Shown here: positions 62,801-64,000 of the stretch, one piece after another
Position numbering within the stretch: the first letter of the stretch is position 1
How the letters are laid out: each line of letters starts with the position of its first letter
Assembly (NCBI GenBank): GCA_965204345.1
Contig: OZ241981.1
Span: forward strand, 384,001 to 448,000
DNA: 64,000 bases
DNA from: Nitrosopumilus sp.
GTDB taxonomy: Archaea > Thermoproteota > Nitrososphaeria > Nitrososphaerales > Nitrosopumilaceae
Reading direction: 5' to 3'
The notes under the pieces: model-generated
Seen by the model: the letters and a program-made list of their open reading frames with translations, nothing else
What the model was told of the DNA's origin: nothing
Database searches by the model: none
Position numbers and translations under genes: made by a program

Positions 62801-64000
62801 CTATGTCTGCAACGTTAAAGGTGTATGTGCGGGCATCATCTCCTACAAAGCCGGATGCTGTGAGGGTGCCGTTGTTGGCAGTACCAGTTACTGTAATGTC
62901 AGCTAGCTCAAAGCCCTCAACTGCCTTGTTGAAGGTTACTGTAAATGGTACCGTATCAAGGTTAGTGCTCTCACCTGCAGTTGTAGCTACAGTTGCTGTT
63001 AGAGCTTCAGTGTCTATTGTGACGGTAATTGAGGTAAATGCAGTATTGAGGTTGCCTGCGGCATCTGTTGCCACATCTGCTGCTATGGATACGATCACGG
63101 TTCCGTCTGAGTTTCCGCGTACTACATCAAAGGTGTATTGGTTACCAGATCCTGCAAGGTTTGATGCTGCTGGAGTGCCGTCGTTGGCAGTGCCCGTTAC
63201 TGTAATGTCAGATAGCTCAAAGTCTGCAACTGGCTTGTTGAAGGTTACTGTAAATGGTACCGTATCAAGGTTAGTGTTGTCGCCTGCAGTTGTAGTTACA
63301 GAGACTATTAGAGCTTCAGTGTCTATTGTGACGGTAACTGGGGCAGATGCAGTGTTGGAGTTGCCTGCAAGGTCTGTTGCCACATCTGCTGCAATGGATG
63401 GAATTACGGTTCCGTCTGATGAGCCTCGAGCAACATCAAAGGTGTATGTGCGGGCATTAACTGTTGCAAAGTTGGTTGCTGCCGGATTGGTGCCGTTGAC
63501 AGTGCCTGTTACTGTAATGTCAGCTAGGATAAAGTTCTGGACATCCTCACTGAATGTTGCAGTAAATGTTACTGGATTATCACTGGTACGAGTGCCATCA
63601 GCAGGTGTAATGATTACGGTTGGGACAATGGTGTCTATTGTGACTGTAACTGGGGCAGATGCCACATTGGTGTTCTCTGCGTCATCTGTTGCCACATCTG
63701 CTGCAATGGATACAATTACGGTTCCGTCAGAAGCTATGCCTGCAACGTTAAAGGTGTATGTGCGGGCATCAACTGCTGCAAAGTTGGATGCTGTAAGGGT
63801 GCCGCCGTTTGCGGTGCCTTCTACTGTAATGTCAGCTAGCTCAAAGTCCTCAACAGCTTTGCCAAAGGTTACTGTAAAGGGTACCGTAGCAAGGTTGGTG
63901 GTGTCGCCTGCAGTTGTAGTTACAGAGACTGTTAGAGCTTCAGTGTCTATTGTGACGGTAACTGGGGCAGATGCAGTGTTGGAGTTGCCTGCAAGGTCTG
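53868..64000 (-). CDS. Giant surface protein/adhesin 2 (>3,370 aa, 5' end beyond window): ~26 Big_12-like repeats, ZU5-like HFS domain, poly-Gly, duplicated C-terminal domain
   Basis: 3275-aa ORF in track; the repeat frame continues to the window edge, so the listed start is internal; paralogous to giant 1. Confidence 0.92.
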   Translation of the reverse strand, partial: DLAGNSNTASAPVTVTIDTEALTVSVTTTAGDTTNLATVPFTVTFGKAVEDFELADITVEGTANGGTLTASNFAAVDARTYTFNVAGIASDGTVIVSIAADVATDDAENTNVASAPVTVTIDTIVPTVIITPADGTRTSDNPVTFTATFSEDVQNFILADITVTGTVNGTNPAATNFATVNARTYTFDVARGSSDGTVIPSIAADVATDLAGNSNTASAPVTVTIDTEALIVSVTTTAGDNTNLDTVPFTVTFNKPVADFELSDITVTGTANDGTPAASNLAGSGNQYTFDVVRGNSDGTVIVSIAADVATDAAGNLNTAFTSITVTIDTEALTATVATTAGESTNLDTVPFTVTFNKAVEGFELADITVTGTANNGTLTASGFVGDDARTYTFNVADIASDGTVIASIAAGVATDAAGNLNTASTQVTVTVDTTDLTVSVATTAGDNTNLTTIPFTVTFNKDVADFELADITVAGTANDGTPAASNLAGSGADYTFDVLRGTSDGTVTVSIDADVATDAAGNSNLASSSSAAVTIDTTDLTASIATTAGENTNLDTVPFTVTFNKAVEDFELADITVTGTANNGTLTASGFVGDDARTYTFNVADIASDGTVIASIAAGVATDAAGNLNTASTQVTVTVDTTDLTVSVATTAGDNTNLTTIPFTVTFNKDVADFELADITVAGTANDGTPAASNLVGSGAQYTFDVLRGTSDGTVTVSIAADVATDAAGNSNLASPSSAAVTIDTTDLTVSVATTADENTALATVPFTVTFNKAVEDFDASDITVTGTANDGTPAASNLAGSGTDYTFDVLRGTSDGTVTVSIAADVATDIAGNLNTASTQVTVTVDTTAPTVIITPDDGTTTSDDPVTFTATFSEDVQNFVLADITITGTANGTNPTAANFTTVDARTYNFDVARGSSDGTVIASIAAGVATDLAANPNEASAPVTVTIDTVRPTVTLSSNAGANTNSNTITFTATFSRDVVPITTTDITIEGDANGGTLTATNIQTVDASTYTFDVAGIASDGTVIASIAAGVTTDLAGNSNTASTQVTVTVDTTDLTATVTTTAGDNTNLDTVPFTVTFNKAVEDFELVDITVTGTVNGSAPVASNLAGSGAQYTFDVVRGSSDGTVIVSIASDVATDAAGNLNTASAPVTVTIDSEALTVSVTTTAGENTNLDTVPFTVTFNKPVADFELADITVTGTVNGSAPAASNLVGSGAQYTFDVLRGTSDGTVTVTIAENVATDAAGNLNTASAPVTVTIDTVRPTVTLSSNAGANTNSNTITFTATFSRDVDPITADDITIEGDANGGTLTATNIQTVDNRTYTFDVAGIASDGDVIASIAAGVTADSLGNSNTASTQVTVTVDTTDLTVSVTTTAGENTNLTTIPFTVTFNKPVEDFELSDITVTGTVNGSAPAASNLVGSGAQYTFDVVRGSSDGTVTVSIAAGVATDAAGNSNLASPSSAAVTIDTIALTATVTTTADENTALATVPFTVTFNKAVEDFDASDITVMGTANDGTPAASNLAGSGTDYTFDVLRGTSDGTVTVTIAADVATDIAGNLNTASTSITVTIDTTTPTVTITPPDGTTTSDDPVTFTATFSEDVQNFDASDITVTGSANGGAPAATNFETVNARTYTFDVARGSSDGTVIASIDAGEATDLAANLNEASAPVTVTIDTVRPTVTLSSNAGANTNSNTITFTATFSRDVDPITADDITIEGDANGGTLTATNIQTVDNRTYTFDVAGIASDGDVIASIAAGVTADSLGNSNTASTQVTVTVDTTDLTVSVTTTAGENTNLTTIPFTVNFNKPVADFELADITVTGTVNGSAPVASNLAGSGAQYTFDVLRGSSDGTVTVTIAENVATDAAGNLNTASAPVTVTIDTQALTASVTTTAGDTTNSNTVPFTVTFNKAVENFVTNDITVGGTANGGTLTASSFAAVNDRTYTFNVAGIASDGDVIVSIESDVATDAAGNLNTASNSVTVIIDTMAPTVTITPADGTITGADPVTFTATFSEDVQNFELAGITITGTANGGAPAAANFVTVDDRTYTFDVARGSSDGTVTSSIAADVATDLAGNSNTASAPVTVTIDTTALTVSITPADGTITGDDPVTFTATFSEDVQDFVLADITITGTANDGNPVATNFATVDARTYTFDVARGSTDGTVSPSIAANVATDLAGNSNTASAPVTVTIDTIVPTVSITPADGTITGDDPVTFTATFSEDVQNFVLADITVTGTANGDAPAATNFATVDARTYTFDVARGTTDGTVTPSIAVDVATDLAGNSNTASAPVTVTIDTLVPTVSVTTTANDLTNSDTITFTATFNEDVQNFVLADITVAGTANDGAPAAANLVTVGARTYTFDVARGSSDGTVIASIDAGALTDLAGNSNTASNLVTVTIDTTAPTVSVSSPAGSSTGLDTVPFIVEFREDVEEFILTDITVTGTANNGTLTATDFVAVDARTYTFNVAGISSDGTVIISIAADVAADLAGNSNTASVPVTVTIDTTVSYVSLSTNAADPTNSDTISFTATFSEDVTEFVESDITVAIDGVPSDTPGSLISAFSGSGADYAFTVTHGITTGGELTVTIPDDVVTDGNTDAVHIITVDMVRPSVSITPADGITTTSDDQVTFTATFSEDVQNFELGDITVTGTANSGNPVASNIGGDGSVYTFNVARGSTDGTIVVSIAADVATDLAGNLNTASAPVTVTINTTGDTIEDNIPLGSDVVRTYLASSNLITLNVIHDTLPETIFTTDGQLLDFNGAPTFGTANPTVPKSVTISDSVTVVNSTLSDSQTVTVTYPANVVVSDSSGDWTGRIAVPSLSTGTAVPPTPNDEIGLAFSVGDDNTRLTFDQAVRLLLPGQASYEGAFFSEEVADGVVDSRSLVVCPFVPVNQTTANTNLEAGTALESCFVRDGSDMIIWTTHFSSFGSFSTVPVEPTPSTPSSSRSGGGGGGGGGGGGGGASLPSSGSSVANGASAAVLYDVQWDVCEANTINVIAGPVTDNLSVKLRTYAGVITAERSDEQSYPGRISFDANLSPNESFVHVQVENIASRGISTDSKSLNITECSGSVSVNTYESSSPVITGGSAVVTPDQPSSRADLPTDTMTDLPAVPIPGLAPVQTPQLVREFLADFTDITNDNTGMRLTDFQTLQSNPDKYAETVLGISGQTVTTVALTDRPGSEESNNNANLFLQISSSDDMVNSMRGVLLGGDTIEIIAGDGSRTIVPTSAEIAIASEDAVTVSQKSGMKINDISTQVDLPDVLKEFLNTNIEFTNEDTGETLTQYMVLQSVPDVFAEKELGISGQTVTTIAFPDRYGREDSNDDLNVFVQFTHTDEQVNSLRGIQQGGNAISVSTNGVEQGILTQTVEIPLG
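58370..63000 (-). repeat. Near-identical intragenic duplications in giant 2 (offsets 624, 930, 1245 bp)
   Basis: GTAACAGCAGCAGAACTTG at 61771 and 62395; matching antisense ORF starts at 58804, 60049 and 60979. Confidence 0.85.

Noticed and set aside
1-64000. Diversity-generating retroelement explaining the near-identical repeats
   Set aside because: No reverse transcriptase in the window, and the differences inspected between copies are not adenine-specific.

Overview
Window from an ammonia-oxidising archaeon of the Nitrosopumilaceae (Thaumarchaeota), inferred from archaeal EF-2, futalosine-pathway mqnD/mqnE, PAC2 and small Zn-finger proteins. A host-associated (e.g. sponge) lifestyle is plausible but not proven. 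About 36 kb of mostly core genes lies between two paralogous, same-orientation giant surface-protein genes on the minus strand. Giant 1 (GTG at 17456, running off the left edge, >5,800 aa) is missing from the ORF track; it has a signal peptide and interleaves ~104-aa Ig-like repeats with Cys-containing cadherin-like modules. Giant 2 (>3,370 aa, stop at 53868) ends in a ZU5-like domain with an HF|S autoproteolysis-type motif, a poly-Gly hinge and a duplicated unknown domain, with no visible anchor. The two genes share patches of ~97% identical DNA 55.5 kb apart, suggesting module exchange. Accessory highlights: a secreted subtilisin(S8)+chymotrypsin(S1) double protease whose signal peptide is cut off by a 1-nt frameshift and which is translationally coupled to a small 6-Cys membrane protein; an AT-rich HATPase+STAS pair; a His/Met-repeat protein; an atypical PII; an HD-GNAT fusion; unannotated Cys/His mini-proteins; and apparent TGGCA/TGCCA enrichment in spacers. 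No rRNA, tRNA, CRISPR, transposase or reverse transcriptase was seen. All counts and identities are manual.
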